NCBI RefSeq assembly: GCF_000143415.4
Contig: NW_003314390.1
Span: forward strand, 210,973-274,972
Reading direction: 5' to 3'
Origin: Selaginella moellendorffii
Lineage: Eukaryota; Plantae; Lycopodiophyta
Length of the DNA: 64,000 bases
Part shown: piece by piece, positions 1-12,100 of the stretch
Layout of the letters: each line of letters opens with the position of its first letter
How positions within the stretch are numbered: the stretch's first letter is position 1
Position numbers and translations under genes: made by a program
Notes under the pieces: model-generated
The model's input: only the letters and a program-made list of their open reading frames with translations
Told to the model about the DNA's origin: nothing
Databases searched by the model: none

Positions 1-740
1 TGAGTTGGAATAACAATGGAACAATGTTGGAATAATACAAGCACATAACAACAAATAAACAAGCAATTTCCAAGTTTTGTAGAATTGTTATAAATGTTAC
101 ATTCATTAAACAAGGTCAAAATTTATAACAAAACTACAATATTAAAACATTATAACCTCTACACATTAGATTTGCAACATTGCGGTCTCTTATGTTAATG
201 AGGGCTAGGTATGTTATATTTATCTTACTTTTTTCTCCGTTCTTTCCTTCTTGGATTTTTGTATATCAACCTTGGGCTAGATCACACAATAAGAGAGACT
301 TGCTAGATCTTCTTAGTGCACTCTTGGACCTTAACACCACGGATCTGGACAAGGAATAACATAAACTTTGATGAATGACCTTAGAATTCATTTTGCTCCA
401 TTTGCTCCATAGTGATTCTATTGATGAGTACATTATAAAGAGATAAACTATTGTAGAACTTATTATTCTTCTATAACTCACAGCAAGGCATATGGATAAA
501 AGAAGACTTTGAAAAGGCTATTGAAGAAATCAAATGACATAGAATGAGTGAAAGGGCTATATATAAAAACAATACAACATTATAAGGTTATCACTGTCAA
601 TTTGAAGAGCAGATGTTTGCAAAAACATAACAAAAAAGACCAAAAATTGTGTTCATATTTGAAAAAGAAGAATTCCTATAGAAATTACTTGAATTTTCCT
701 TTAGAAGTTACTTAAAACTCATCAAGAAATCAAATATCCT

Positions 741-1095
741 ATGAAGAAGGCAGATGCATGGAAGTAATAATTTTCTTTGCCTCTTGCAAATAAATAAATT
801 TGTTTTTATATGAAACTACTAAAAGATCATGTAAAAAGGACTATTAAAGCACCACCTAAAGATCATATTCAAACTATAAATATTGGAAGTGAGTTATGCA
901 AAGTTCATGAGCAAGTTTGTTGTAGATACATTCTACAAGAATATTATGAAGAATGCAAATGCATGGAAGTAATAGTTTTTTTTTGCCTTTTGCAAATAAA
1001 TAAATTTGTTTTTATATTAAACTACTAAAAGATCATGTAAAAAGGATTGTTAAAGTACTACCTAAAGATAAAGTTCATGAGCAAGTTTGTTGTGG
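741..1095. repeat. Imperfect tandem duplication (~205-bp period) in AT-rich DNA
   Basis: ATGAAGAA.GCA.ATGCATGGAAGTAATA...CCTAAAGAT starts at 741 and again at 946; the second copy has an internal deletion before AAAGTTCATGAGCAAG. Confidence 0.85.
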
Positions 1096-1559
1096 ATTGG
1101 GAGTATACACATATAAACAACCAAAGAAAACAATTTAAAATAATTCATAAGGGTTTAAATTTAGAGGGAAAAAGCTCATAAAAAAAAATGCACCCTTTTT
1201 TTTAATCAATTAAGAATTTTGGGATATTAAGGGCAAAAAGTCCAAATTCAATAGTTTACAATACACTAAATCCTCCTATGGCAAATGTTAGCTTTACAAT
1301 GTTCAAAAATAGTCTATACAATCAATTTATTCCACACTCAGTGAACTAATATGTAAACAAAGCCAAATAAAGTTCTATACTATTTTGACATACCAATAGT
1401 CTAACACAAAGGATATAATTCCCATGAAACTTAGTACTATATACTAAAATGGCATAAAGCTTAGTTTTATATACTAAAAGTTTGTTATCTACACGCTAGA
1501 GATGGTTAAAAAAGAAATGCACTCTTTTCTTCATAAAAGTAAGTAATCAATTGAAGTCA

Positions 1560-1858
1560 GCTGAAAGGCTTGGATAATCTTTTGAAATTTCATTGTGATG
1601 GGAATAGATAATTGCAATTATTGATTTTCAATGAGGAATTCCTAGTAAGCACAAGTCATCAGCTCGTGCTGACTACATCCCTACCTTTTGTACACACTGC
1701 TTGTCGTTTCTATCAATTGAATGATCTGGTGAAGTGTTCAAATTGTAACAATGTTAACAATTTACCGCTGGCAATGCTATGAGAAGTTTATTAAACCTTA
1801 TCAAGGAAGGAGAAAGCATAACAAAGTTTCCATAGGTAAACCTACAAAAAGATCATTA
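1560..1858 (+). pseudogene. 18S rRNA 3' end, degenerate pseudogene
   Basis: GAGGAATTCCTAGTAAGC, TTTTGTACACACTGC and AACAAAGTTTCCATAGGTAAACCTACAAAAAGATCATT match the conserved 18S 3' end with many C>T/G>A changes. Confidence 0.93.
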
Positions 1859-2176
1859 ACACACATCTATAAATTGTAAACCACGAACATTATATTGTCC
1901 CCCAAGGGGCCATGCTCGAAGGCATGGCTAGCCAGGACATTCAATTTGGCTGCATACACTTGTGTAAGTGACTTTAGGCTTAAGTAATATTAGGTTGGAA
2001 AACCATATTGGAAGTTTAGATCAAGGAGTTTGCAATTTATGCATGCGTGCCTCTTCCTTCCACTTATGTTATCATCCCTTAGCTATTAACTAGGGATGTG
2101 GCACACTTGGAGGCCATGTGATTGTTATCAACTAGTTGTTTCTTGTGGTCTTGTCAGGCCAAAAAAACAAAATATT

Positions 2177-2327
2177 ACTCTCAACAATAAATATCTTGGC
2201 TCTCACAATAATGAAAAACACAGTGAAATGCAATATATGATATAAATTGCAGAATTCAGTGAATCATCAAAGTTTTGAATGCAACTTGTGCTTGAGGTTA
2301 TCCCGAGGGCATGCTTACTTGAGCGTC
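2177..2327 (+). pseudogene. 5.8S rRNA pseudogene (ITS1 ~1859-2176, ITS2 ~2328-2494)
   Basis: ACTCTCAACAATAAATATCTTGGCTCTC...AATTGCAGAATTCAGTGAATCATCAAAGTTTTGAATGCAA is a deaminated version of the 5.8S consensus, in the expected position after 18S. Confidence 0.92.
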
Positions 2328-2494
2328 TACAACCATTTGCTACCTCATGCGTACTTTATGAGTGTGGGGCGAATGTGGCCATCTGTGGACTTGTGTTCTG
2401 GTTGGCTTGATTGCATATGGATGGCGTGGCCCTGATTTATCCGTATGGCATCAATGGCACACACCCCAACTAATGGCAAATTGCTCATGTGCAC

Positions 2495-2715
2495 AATCTC
2501 AAGTCAAATAAACATATCACTAAACGAAGGAAAAGAAACTAACAAGGATTTCCTTAGTAGTGGTGTGTGAAATGGAAAGAGCCCAACTTGGAAATCAGGG
2601 TGTCTCTACACCTCAAATTGTACTCTAGAGAAGGGTCCTCTGCAGCAGATTGGGTTTAAGTCCCTTGGAATGGGACACTAGAGAGGGTGAGAGCCCCCTT
2701 TAGCCTAAGAAACTG
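2495..2715 (+). pseudogene. 25S/28S rRNA 5' fragment, pseudogene
   Basis: CATATCACTAAACGAAGGAAAAGAAACTAACAAGGATTTCCTTAGTAG and GAGAGGGTGAGAGCCCC match the LSU 5' end; truncated at about 2715. Confidence 0.9.
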
Positions 2716-2981
2716 CTCTATCTTGCCATTGCTATCCAAATGAGATCCAGCAGCACGCACAAGGAGAACATGCTTTTCCTGTGTGTGCCTTTAGGCTTGA
2801 GCTTAAGATCCTGGTTGTTGTGAGTGAAACCGACAAAAAATTCCCAGCTCCTTTGCATGTTTCTGGTTTGCTGAGATATATTGCCAAAGATCAGCTGGGC
2901 TACTTGGTCCACCACCACCTCGCAATGCTGGGTGCCTAACATTTAATTAAAAAACCACAAAGAAATTGGCTACAGTGATTA

Positions 2982-3267
2982 TGCTTTATTTCGTTAAAGT
3001 GGGACTTATTCAGTAAAGTGGGACATTAATTAGCATGTGTCCACATGCCATTTCCTAGTACTTAATTAATATTTATTAATATTTCTATCAGTTTTTTAAT
3101 TTATTTTTTTATATTTCACAATATTATAACACAAAATCATATTAAAAGTTTTTAATTTATAAATTATAAAGTTAAAATTTCAATTTTTTATTGTTGTTAT
3201 AAAAATGGCATGTGGCCACACACCATAAGTGGGATAATGAAAAGTCCCACTTTAACGAAATAAAGCA
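2982..3267. mobile_element. MITE with 26-bp perfect TIRs
   Basis: TGCTTTATTTCGTTAAAGTGGGACTT (2982-3007) is the reverse complement of 3242-3267; flanked by TGATTA on both sides; internal inverted pair CCACATGCCATTT / AAATGGCATGTGG; AT-rich non-coding core. Confidence 0.9.
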
Positions 3268-4032
3268 TGATTAAACCTTACAGACACCCAGCCAACACCC
3301 CAAGTGGTAGAAGCCAACGAGCATGAGTTTCATCTCTTCATCTTATGTAGGATAACCCTCTGCCACGTGAGTGAGTGATGAAGCATCTCTCTAGCAAACG
3401 CTTATAATGTATATTCATTTCACAGTCAACAGGTTGAAAGCTGACGCCATTATCAACATAGGCCAGGTTCCAAGCAACAAGATCATGCCTCCCTCGCCAC
3501 ATAGGGCGCGGACCATACTTGAGCTCACGAGTTGAAGAGTTGAGCTCAATTTTTAATTGTAATTTAGTACAAACATTATAAATTTTAAAATTTTAAGGTT
3601 ATGGTGAACCTAGTAATTTAATAACTCTCTATATATTATATAGATAAAAATGTTCTAAAGAACACTTTTTGTTCTAATAATTTAAATATTTACTACATGC
3701 AATGATAGGGACATTTGTTAGAACATAAAATAAAATGTTTGCAAAAGGAGTATTCTTGTCACTTCTTTAAATTTGTACTCTATACTTTCTGGCTAGTAAA
3801 TGTTAGGTTTGTCAGAATTAAAAAATTATTAAATTTGAAATAAGATTCTATGTAAAGCCATATAACCGTTTGAAAGGAAAAAACATAACCGTTAATGTAA
3901 GCTTATTGCATATAAAAGAAAGACTTGGTTCTTTGTAGAATACATTCTTGAGGGGTTTGTCGTAGCATACTGTCTAGAATTTATAGATCTTCATTCACAC
4001 TCTCATTCGAAAAAAGAGAAATACACCTACAA

Positions 4033-4485
4033 ATGTCTATGGGTTCTAGTGCTGGTAATTTTAACTCTCACAATCTTTCTTCCCAGGGTTCAAGGGCTAG
4101 GAGATGCAATAACTATCCCACTTCACAGCATAACCAAATCACACAAGAGAATGAAAGAGAGGATAGTGAGGATAGTGATCATGAGTTGGAGATAAATGCA
4201 ATGACAGAGGGTGCAACAAATTGGGTGAAAAGGAATGCCCTTTTACTTGTTTTAGAAAAGTGCAATTCTGCCACTTTCAAGAAGTGCCTCATATGTTTTC
4301 TAGCGTTTGGTGGAAACAATGGCAATGATCAGTATGATGGTATATATGCTCTTGCAACACATTGCAACATCACGCACCCGAAAGATTATCATGAAATCTT
4401 TTTTGAGATGGTAAAGACAGAAATGGAGACACACGAGTACTATGGGCAGTATTGTGAGAAGAACACTCGAAAGCATATAAAATGA
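4033..4485 (+). CDS. MULE accessory ORF-A, 150 aa, with C-x2-C...H...H zinc finger (zf-XS-like)
   Basis: Intact ATG-to-stop ORF in AT-rich surroundings; motif CLIC...DQYDGIYALATHCNITHPKDYHEIFF. Confidence 0.6.
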   Translation: MSMGSSAGNFNSHNLSSQGSRARRCNNYPTSQHNQITQENEREDSEDSDHELEINAMTEGATNWVKRNALLLVLEKCNSATFKKCLICFLAFGGNNGNDQYDGIYALATHCNITHPKDYHEIFFEMVKTEMETHEYYGQYCEKNTRKHIK

Positions 4486-4654
4486 AAAGTGAAATGAAAA
4501 GGCACATTTTTATTAATTATATAAAGTATAATAAGTTTTATTGATAGAGAATAAACATCGATAGTGTTGGAGAAATCTAATTAGCTCCAAAAGTTTTCTG
4601 CAACTCAGCAATAGTAAGGCTTGCTTGGTGTATATGAATATCCACTTTAGGATC

Positions 4655-7600
4655 CTAGTGCAAGATGTTGATGAAGATGTAGTACATATACTTGCAAGGA
4701 GTATATGCCTTCCCATGTTCCTCACGCTTCGTAAAGTCTGGACATGTGCAAGAAGGAAAGTCGTGAATGGCAATTGTGTACTCTCCACCTTCTGTTTTGA
4801 CTGTGTACTCCTTTGCAAGCGCAGTGATGTACTTCGTGGAGAGAATCTCACACTCAAGTGTTTGAGCCAAGTTTATTTTACCTTGCTTTTGCTTGGAGAC
4901 GGTACCAATAAATTTAACTGCCTTACCTTTTCGTGCTGGCCTCCTGTGCATCTCTGTAGGAATAGTCCTGCTCCTGTCACTCATGTCTCCAACTCTCCTC
5001 TCAAGATTAAAACCAGATTTCTCAAGGTTTTCAATCTCATCCGAGGTGAGTGCGACCCCATTAGCAACCGGCCATTCTTTAGGTATTGCATCAGGTTTAG
5101 TCACTATAGTGTCTTCAAGCCGCTTCGTATGGTTGGCATCGGTGGTGCAACAATATAGCCAGCACCATCTTGAAAATCCTGCTTGCTTTCGTTCCCCATA
5201 GAAACATGGGGCTGGAACAGAAGCAGACTTTTCACCACGAATCCAGGCCCAACACTTGCCCCTCGGAAGCATCCCCACACACCTTACATTCGATTTTGTT
5301 GGCATGCGTCGGATTGCCCATTGCTTTGGCTCCACGCTATGGTAAGCAATTTCAACCTGTTGCGATGCACTCTCTTCATCAGCCACTTGAGGTGGCTCGG
5401 TCCGAGAGCGGTGTCTTGGAGTAGAATGGTACTCAACATCAGGCCTGTGAGAGCTTTTTGCTCCAAGGTCCATACCAACATTTTCCCCAGCAAAGGAAAA
5501 ACGACACTTTGAGCGGACAGTCTTCATATCACCAATAGAAGCTCGGGGAGTGTACTCCATAGATGTGCCACGGACCACTTCCTCAACTACAGTTGCCACT
5601 GTTCGGGCGGGTGGAGTTAATTTTCTCTTCATCCTATCATGTAACATCTCAACAGAAGGCACTGTTCCCATGTATCTTCCTTCCTCGAATGCCAATGCTT
5701 TTGAAGATTGCTTTATAGCACGTATCAAATCTGATAGACTGGCTTTGTATAGACTCATCTTCCCTTTCCCTGCCTCAGAGGAACGCCAACTCCAATGCTT
5801 GCTTTTGGAGAGATTCACAGTTGGGGTGTATGCGAGGTCCTCAAGTGGTTGATCCTAATGGAAAAGGCAATATTAAAAGGTAATAAAAGGAGAAGAAAAA
5901 ATATAAACCAACCTGAAAAGAGTGATATCCCCATTGGAACATCCTAACTTCCCACCATCCTAACCATGACTCAAGTTGTGGTAGGCAACTTACGTCTGTA
6001 TGGCCATCTTCACGCCACCACATTTAGATCTCGTTTGCTTTTGCCTCATGCTCTTCTTCAGAAGGTGCAACCTGCCATTGTTTGCACAACTCCTTAAATA
6101 TTGATTGAAACTCTGGCTTGATAAGGTGGCAGTGCTAGTTTAGGCTTTGAGCCCAATGGAACTCACAAGTCCTCTCACGACCTTCCAATGGTTGACCATT
6201 CCCAAAAACTACTCAGATACCATTCCAGTTTGCACCAGCCCCATCTGCCATGAAACCACAAAAGTTTGCAAGCTTACTAGTCCACTTTAGGACAATATCA
6301 GAGAGGGACTTCCAAAATATTTCTTGTGCTGTCTGGTCTTGTACTTTAAACTCTGTTGTCGCAATTGTTAAGTTACAACATAGCCTATGAAAGCATAAAT
6401 ATTATAACAATTTCAATATAATGAGAATAAAAATTACCTTGGATCATACACATGAGCTCCCATGGTTGTCCAACCGGATACACGCTCCATATGGTCAAAA
6501 TGTACCCATGCATTTGCAAGGTCACTGGACCCAAACATGTCCATTCGGGAGACAAGATCTACGCCAGAGGTAAAGCCCATGGTAGACATTTTGAAGACGA
6601 AGGGGCGCTCTTGCTCATTCACAACTTGGTCTGGAAACAAACTTCCGTGGATGAACTAGTATGGACAGATCCATTTCAATTCAAGGATGTTTTTGATTGC
6701 AACTTCCCCTCTCGAGATTCACACATCCAAGATTTTATCCTAAACAATATAATGTAAGAAAAAATTATTATTATAACATATGAAAAATAACGGATGTACC
6801 TCCTTAGGCTAGTAGCAGGTTGTACTCCTCGTAGTAAGTCCCACAAGCTAGCCTCGTTTAGTTGAGTCTTTTGGCAACCTGGATTGAGTAAAGTATTTGC
6901 GATAAAATCCTTGAGGACGGTCTTCTGAACATGCTTCGGAGTTGCAGATGAGTTTCTCATAGTCTCTTCCTATACAACATCTTTGAAACGGTTGAGAGAA
7001 CTCCTTTGTATCCCTTCCTGCATTGGATGCATATGTGTGCCAACATGCACTGCAGCTCTTCCAGCCACTCCATCCCGTGGAAGAAAGTAGTACATCTTGG
7101 CCTCGCAGATAGCACGACATAGAGGAGCATTTTTGCAGAATCGACATTTGAATCCAACAGCAATGGTGTCACAGGCTGGAGGATTGACTGCAGACCCTTC
7201 GAAAAATATAGAGTTTCTAGAGCGGTCTCGATTGCATGCTTCATCCACACAATCTAAATGCCCGCCACAATGAACTATAGACATTGTGCCTTCAAAATGT
7301 TGGAAGTGTGTGGTCTTGATCTTGTACCAATTGTGAACATTCTACTTGGTTTCCATCCCCTTCCGTTTGGAACCTGTGCTGCTGACAAGAGGTGGTAGCT
7401 CGAAGAAAATGTTGCCGTTGTAGGAGGATGGAAGCTCACTCACAAGCCTATACAAAAACAAGTGCACATCGATTGAGAGGTGTGAGAACTGGAAAGCATT
7501 GCTAACGGCTTTGAATATTGCTGAAGTTGGAGTTGGAGCTGGTGAATTTGGCGCCGACACTAGCATGACATCTCCACTTGAACTAAAAGTGGACGAGAGG

Positions 7601-7908
7601 ATAACGACTGACTCTTGCTTCACATTCACTTTCGCTGGAGCGCATTTTGGCATTTTGACTGGAGATCCGAACACTCGAATCTCCTTCGACTTGGAATTTT
7701 GTAAATCCCATTGTTGTCCACCCTCGCCCACACCAGAAAGAAGAAACTCCGAGTATGCAACTATACCGGTGTCGTTGCGGATCACAGCCTCTAAAGAAAT
7801 AGAGCCAAGACCAACATCAAAACGCCGACATAAAAAACTTTCAGAAACAATACTCTGAGAGAATGAAAGAGGTGGGTGATCTCGAAAATGAAGAAGAAAC
7901 CTCTCCAT
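4655..7908 (-). pseudogene. MULE transposase (WRKY/GCM1-like finger, DDE core, SWIM), spliced, with premature stops
   Basis: N-terminal CRFC...CEAK...HVGTHMHP; core WVHFDH...FMADGAGANW...RTCEFHW (D, D, CxxH); TVNLSKSKH at the site of the third catalytic E; C-terminal SCTCPDF...PCKY SWIM; in-frame stops at 7342, 6970 and three in 6025-6220; introns near 5855-5911, 6386-6437 and 6741-6799. Confidence 0.88.
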
Positions 7909-8816
7909 CCTTCTCAATAGGTTTTGGAGTTCTCTCTCTTTATGCTACTTGTAAAAATCTATAGTGAAACATAATTGAAATTTAAATAGAGTAATAAGAA
8001 GACAACGTACAAAATGAATTTAAATTCTATAGCAAATTTAACATGTGTAAGTGTGACAGTATTAATATTACTGTCATCTATTATGATGTCTAATGCATGT
8101 ATACACATAGATCCAAGGAAAGATTTTCAGCACGTGAAGTTTGATAGTTAATAATGATACCAGTAATGACATTCTGCTATAACATGTCAAACCAAGAGAT
8201 CCAATCTAACTATCAGCACGTGTGATATGTCAAGTTGTCAAATTTTAAGTGGTAGATGATAATAAATCTTGTCAAATCTTATTCTTCAATGACAAATTTG
8301 ATTCGTAGTACAACTCAAGTTTTATCCATAATTGTGAACACTGCTCAATGACATTTAAAGTACGTGCCTATTGTTTAGGATCTAATACAACACAAAATAA
8401 ATTTCTGGATGAGGATTCATCCATTCATAGATGGATATAGTACAACATATTTTAACGTGCCTTATTTATACTCTTTGAAGTTCTTGTAACGATTCCAAAA
8501 TATGTACAAAATATTGATGAGAATGCATCCTTTCTAGATAATTTGTAAAATATAATATCATATCTCTAATAACAGAAATGTTGATAGGTGCTAGTTATAC
8601 CATCATTAAAATATACAAAATAAAGAAGCATAATTTACATATAATAATAATAATAAGATAAAATAAGATCAAAGATATTGTGATGGTTGAGATTTAGGTT
8701 ATTCGGAATGAACGGCCAGGATTAGAGATTGGTTAGGGTTAGGGCAGCCGTCAGGATTAGGGTTAGGGTAGCCACCAAGATTAGGTTACTGTTCGCATCG
8801 TGAGTGGAGCGCGCAG

Positions 8817-9078
8817 GAGATCGAGAGATTGAGCGCGAAGGAGATCGAGGGATTGAGTGCGAAGGAGATCGAGCGATTGAGCGCGTGAGAGATCGAGAGA
8901 TTGAGCGCGTGAGAGATCGAGAGATTGAGCGCGCGAGCGGGAGAGTTTGAGCGCGCGAGCGGGAGAGATTGAGCACGTGAGCGGGAGAGATTGAGCGCGC
9001 GAGTGGGAGAGTTCCAGAGAGATTGAGTGCGCGAGCAGGAGAGATTGAGTGCACGAGCGGGAGAGATTGAGCGCACAA
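8817..9078. repeat. CpG-rich tandem array inside the MULE (24-bp then 22-bp units)
   Basis: About 4 copies of GAGATCGAGAGATTGAGCGCG(AAG/TGA) followed by about 7 copies of GAGAGATTGAGCGCGCGAGCGG. Confidence 0.92.
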
Positions 9079-9114
9079 GAAATCTAGCACGATCAAGAAA
9101 TCGAGGGAGGAAAG

Positions 9115-12100
9115 ATGCCACTAAGGGTAAGTTTCGATTTGATTGCTTCCACTTCCATTTTTTGAGTCCATTTCTTCCATTCCATTGCTTCCTTTGCTGG
9201 CCGAGGTCGAGCTCGGGCGGTCCACATTGGGCAGNNNNNNNNNNNNNNNNNNNNNNNNNNNNNNNNNNNNNNNNNNNNNNNNNNNNNNNNNNNNNNNNNN
9301 NNNNNNNNNNNNNNNNNNNNNNNNNNNNNNNNNNGCTCCGGGCGGCCACCTCGGGCACTTTGGCTGCCCAGGGGGCCGAGGTTATTCAAATAACCTCGGC
9401 CCCCTGGGCAACCAAAGTGCCCGAGGTGGAGTCTAGGCCCACTTGATTTTTTTTTTCTCTTTGACTGTTTGAATTTCTCATTATCTTTATTTAGTTTGAC
9501 TAAAAAAAATTTTTCTCTTGAAGAAAAGGAAAATTGTAACACATAAAAAGGTTGTTGGAGCCAAGAAGACACGAGAAGTTCAATTTGGCACTGACGACGA
9601 CATCACAATAGACATGTCCATTGGCACAACAGAGACACATTTAGTTAGAGATTCACCACCTCCACCACCATCACCTCCACCATCACCACCTCCACCACCG
9701 CCATCGCCACCTCCACCACCTCCATCACCACCTCCACCACCTCCATCGCCACCGCCACCACCACCATTGCCACCACCACTGCCACTATTGCCTCTGCCCC
9801 CGCCACCACCGCCACCACCACCAACGCAAATCCCTGAAGTTGGGCAATCTAGTGGTGTTCACGATAGGGAACTTGAGGAACAGTCTGGAGCTGAAAGAGT
9901 TGCAGACTTTCCTGACAACGTGGTGGACAAGCGCTTCCAAGAGACTGTTATGCGGACAAGGGAAAAAGCAGTTCACCAAACACTTGAGGCGCTCAAGTGG
10001 CCAGGCCCTTGTGACTTGATCAGAGAAATCCCCCTTTGCCGTTTGCAGCAGACGAACCTTGTCCACACAGCATCCAAGTATGTCAACCCGGATATATACA
10101 GCTTGTTCAAACAGAATGGCTTGCAACAAATATCGGTATGTTTTTAGTCTCATTTTGCAAGCCAGGAACAATGGAGATCATTACTGTCACACCCGAGATT
10201 GTGAATAGCTGGGATCCTATTTAGAGGAGGAAGTCCCTAGAATTTGATGACATGCTTATTAGACATCCTGAGACTCGACAGCTTGCGGGGACAATGTTCC
10301 AAATTATTGATGGTAACCACCGATATGGAGCTTAGATGAAGTGTATCGACGATCATTTTCGCGATGATCCCGTCTACCATATCAACGTTCCAGTCGGCCA
10401 TGTCTACGCGAGGGGACCTTTGAATGTCAACAGACTTATCTTGGCCTGCCAAAAGATCAATGCGTAAGTTTTATAATTTTACCTCTAACTCCACTTTAAC
10501 TTGTTTTGTTGTGTTTAAATGTAGGCTTGGGCAATTCGCTGTTCAAAAATAAAATCTTGTCCATAACATCGAGCAACTTCAATTTTTGGCAGATTTGAGT
10601 GAGGATGACATCGGCCAACATTATGGTGATGATCTCGCAACACTTGTTCGGCACTCACGCACTCGAAATGATGGTACAACTTGGTTCAACAACCTAATCA
10701 ATTTTATACTCGCTGTGTGGTGTAAGGTATGTCTTTCCCTTTTATTTTATAAAAGCATCTTTTAATTGTTTTGGTTTTCAGCCTTTGGTGAAGGTCAAGC
10801 AGGATGCTTACGAACTTGCATATCCGGAGAAGAGTCGGGAAGAGCTCTCAGCTGAGTTTGTACAAATTGAGCACAAAATTCAGCATGCAAAGTCCTCAAA
10901 GTTGAAGAAACTAGTATGCATTGCAAACAATCGCAGGCCGAAGGAGTGGCTAGAGATTATAGCCGAAATTTCTTCTCATGAATGTAAGTTTTTTATCACA
11001 CTTCATTTTTCTTAATTATGCATATGTTACTTTTATAGTGAACAAAACTCCAGATGACATGATTTACAATATCACAAAATCGAAGCTTCCATATAAGCAA
11101 CAGATAAAGACTCTGGAGTTCCTCAATGTCTGCTTGATGAACAAAGAGAAAGGACTGCTAGAACTATTTGAGAACATGATGAGAAGGGCTGTCTACATCA
11201 CGCAAACTATAAGTGAAGGTGAGAAGTTCTTGGCACCACACATAGGTGACGATCCAAATGGCACATTCATGTCTTTCGACACCTACATCAACATGTCATT
11301 GGAAGGGATCGAAGAGGGGTGGCTGCCAGAGAAGTCTACAAGCACAACAACTTATGATTGCCAACATGGTCAACCTTATTTCATGCGACATGTAGCTTAT
11401 AGGTATAATATGATTTCTAAGACTGTTTTTTAATATATATTATTTACAGGTATCTTCGATATAGAGGCATGCCATTTGAAGCACCAGTTTGCACTCGACT
11501 TGTTGCAAAGGGTGTAAGGGATGGAGGAATGTACCCAACAATGTTTGCAAGAGTTCCGAAGGCACGGAAGATAGAATGCCCTTGGGAGTTGGAGCTCCTA
11601 GGGAAGGAGACCTCTACACTAGATCACGAGGAAATTATCAATGCTAGCAACGATGGCAATGCAAGTGACGATGAAGACAAGGATGAAGAAGCTCCAGATC
11701 AAGTTCGTGTTCCACCACCAGACAGTCAGGAACAGGCTCCAATTCAACCATCAAACAACTAAGATCCGGATCAGGTTCTACCAATAAATAACGATGATAA
11801 AGTGGTTCACAGAATATCACGTCGACCTCGAGGTAAGCAAAAGTGAATTTTACAAACTAAAGGTGGTAATACATGTTTTTTGCAGCAATGACTGTTAGTA
11901 GTAATTTCATTCCAGCTCGACGAGATGCTTGTGAAGAGGAGTTGGAGGAACTCTCATCGACAACACGCCATATGACAGTATCATACTATTTATTACTTTT
12001 TTCATTCACTTAGCTCTTTTATAGGTCCGTCTTGTGTCCCCAATAACACAACGAGGCATTATGGGTATCTTCATTGGCTCTTACAGTAGATTATTGACAT

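Noticed and set aside
1-740. Possible endogenous pararetrovirus or retroelement fragment
   Set aside because: AT-rich and coding-like, but no diagnostic motif found
8817-9078. Possible CRISPR-like array
   Set aside because: No unique spacers, eukaryotic context and no cas genes
8722-9572. ORFs spanning the tandem array and the N gap
   Set aside because: They are translations of repeats, the palindrome and Ns, not credible proteins
9655-9825. Poly-proline stretch as an extensin or formin gene
   Set aside because: It is a low-complexity linker in frame with the MULE cargo gene; there is no signal peptide or FH2 domain
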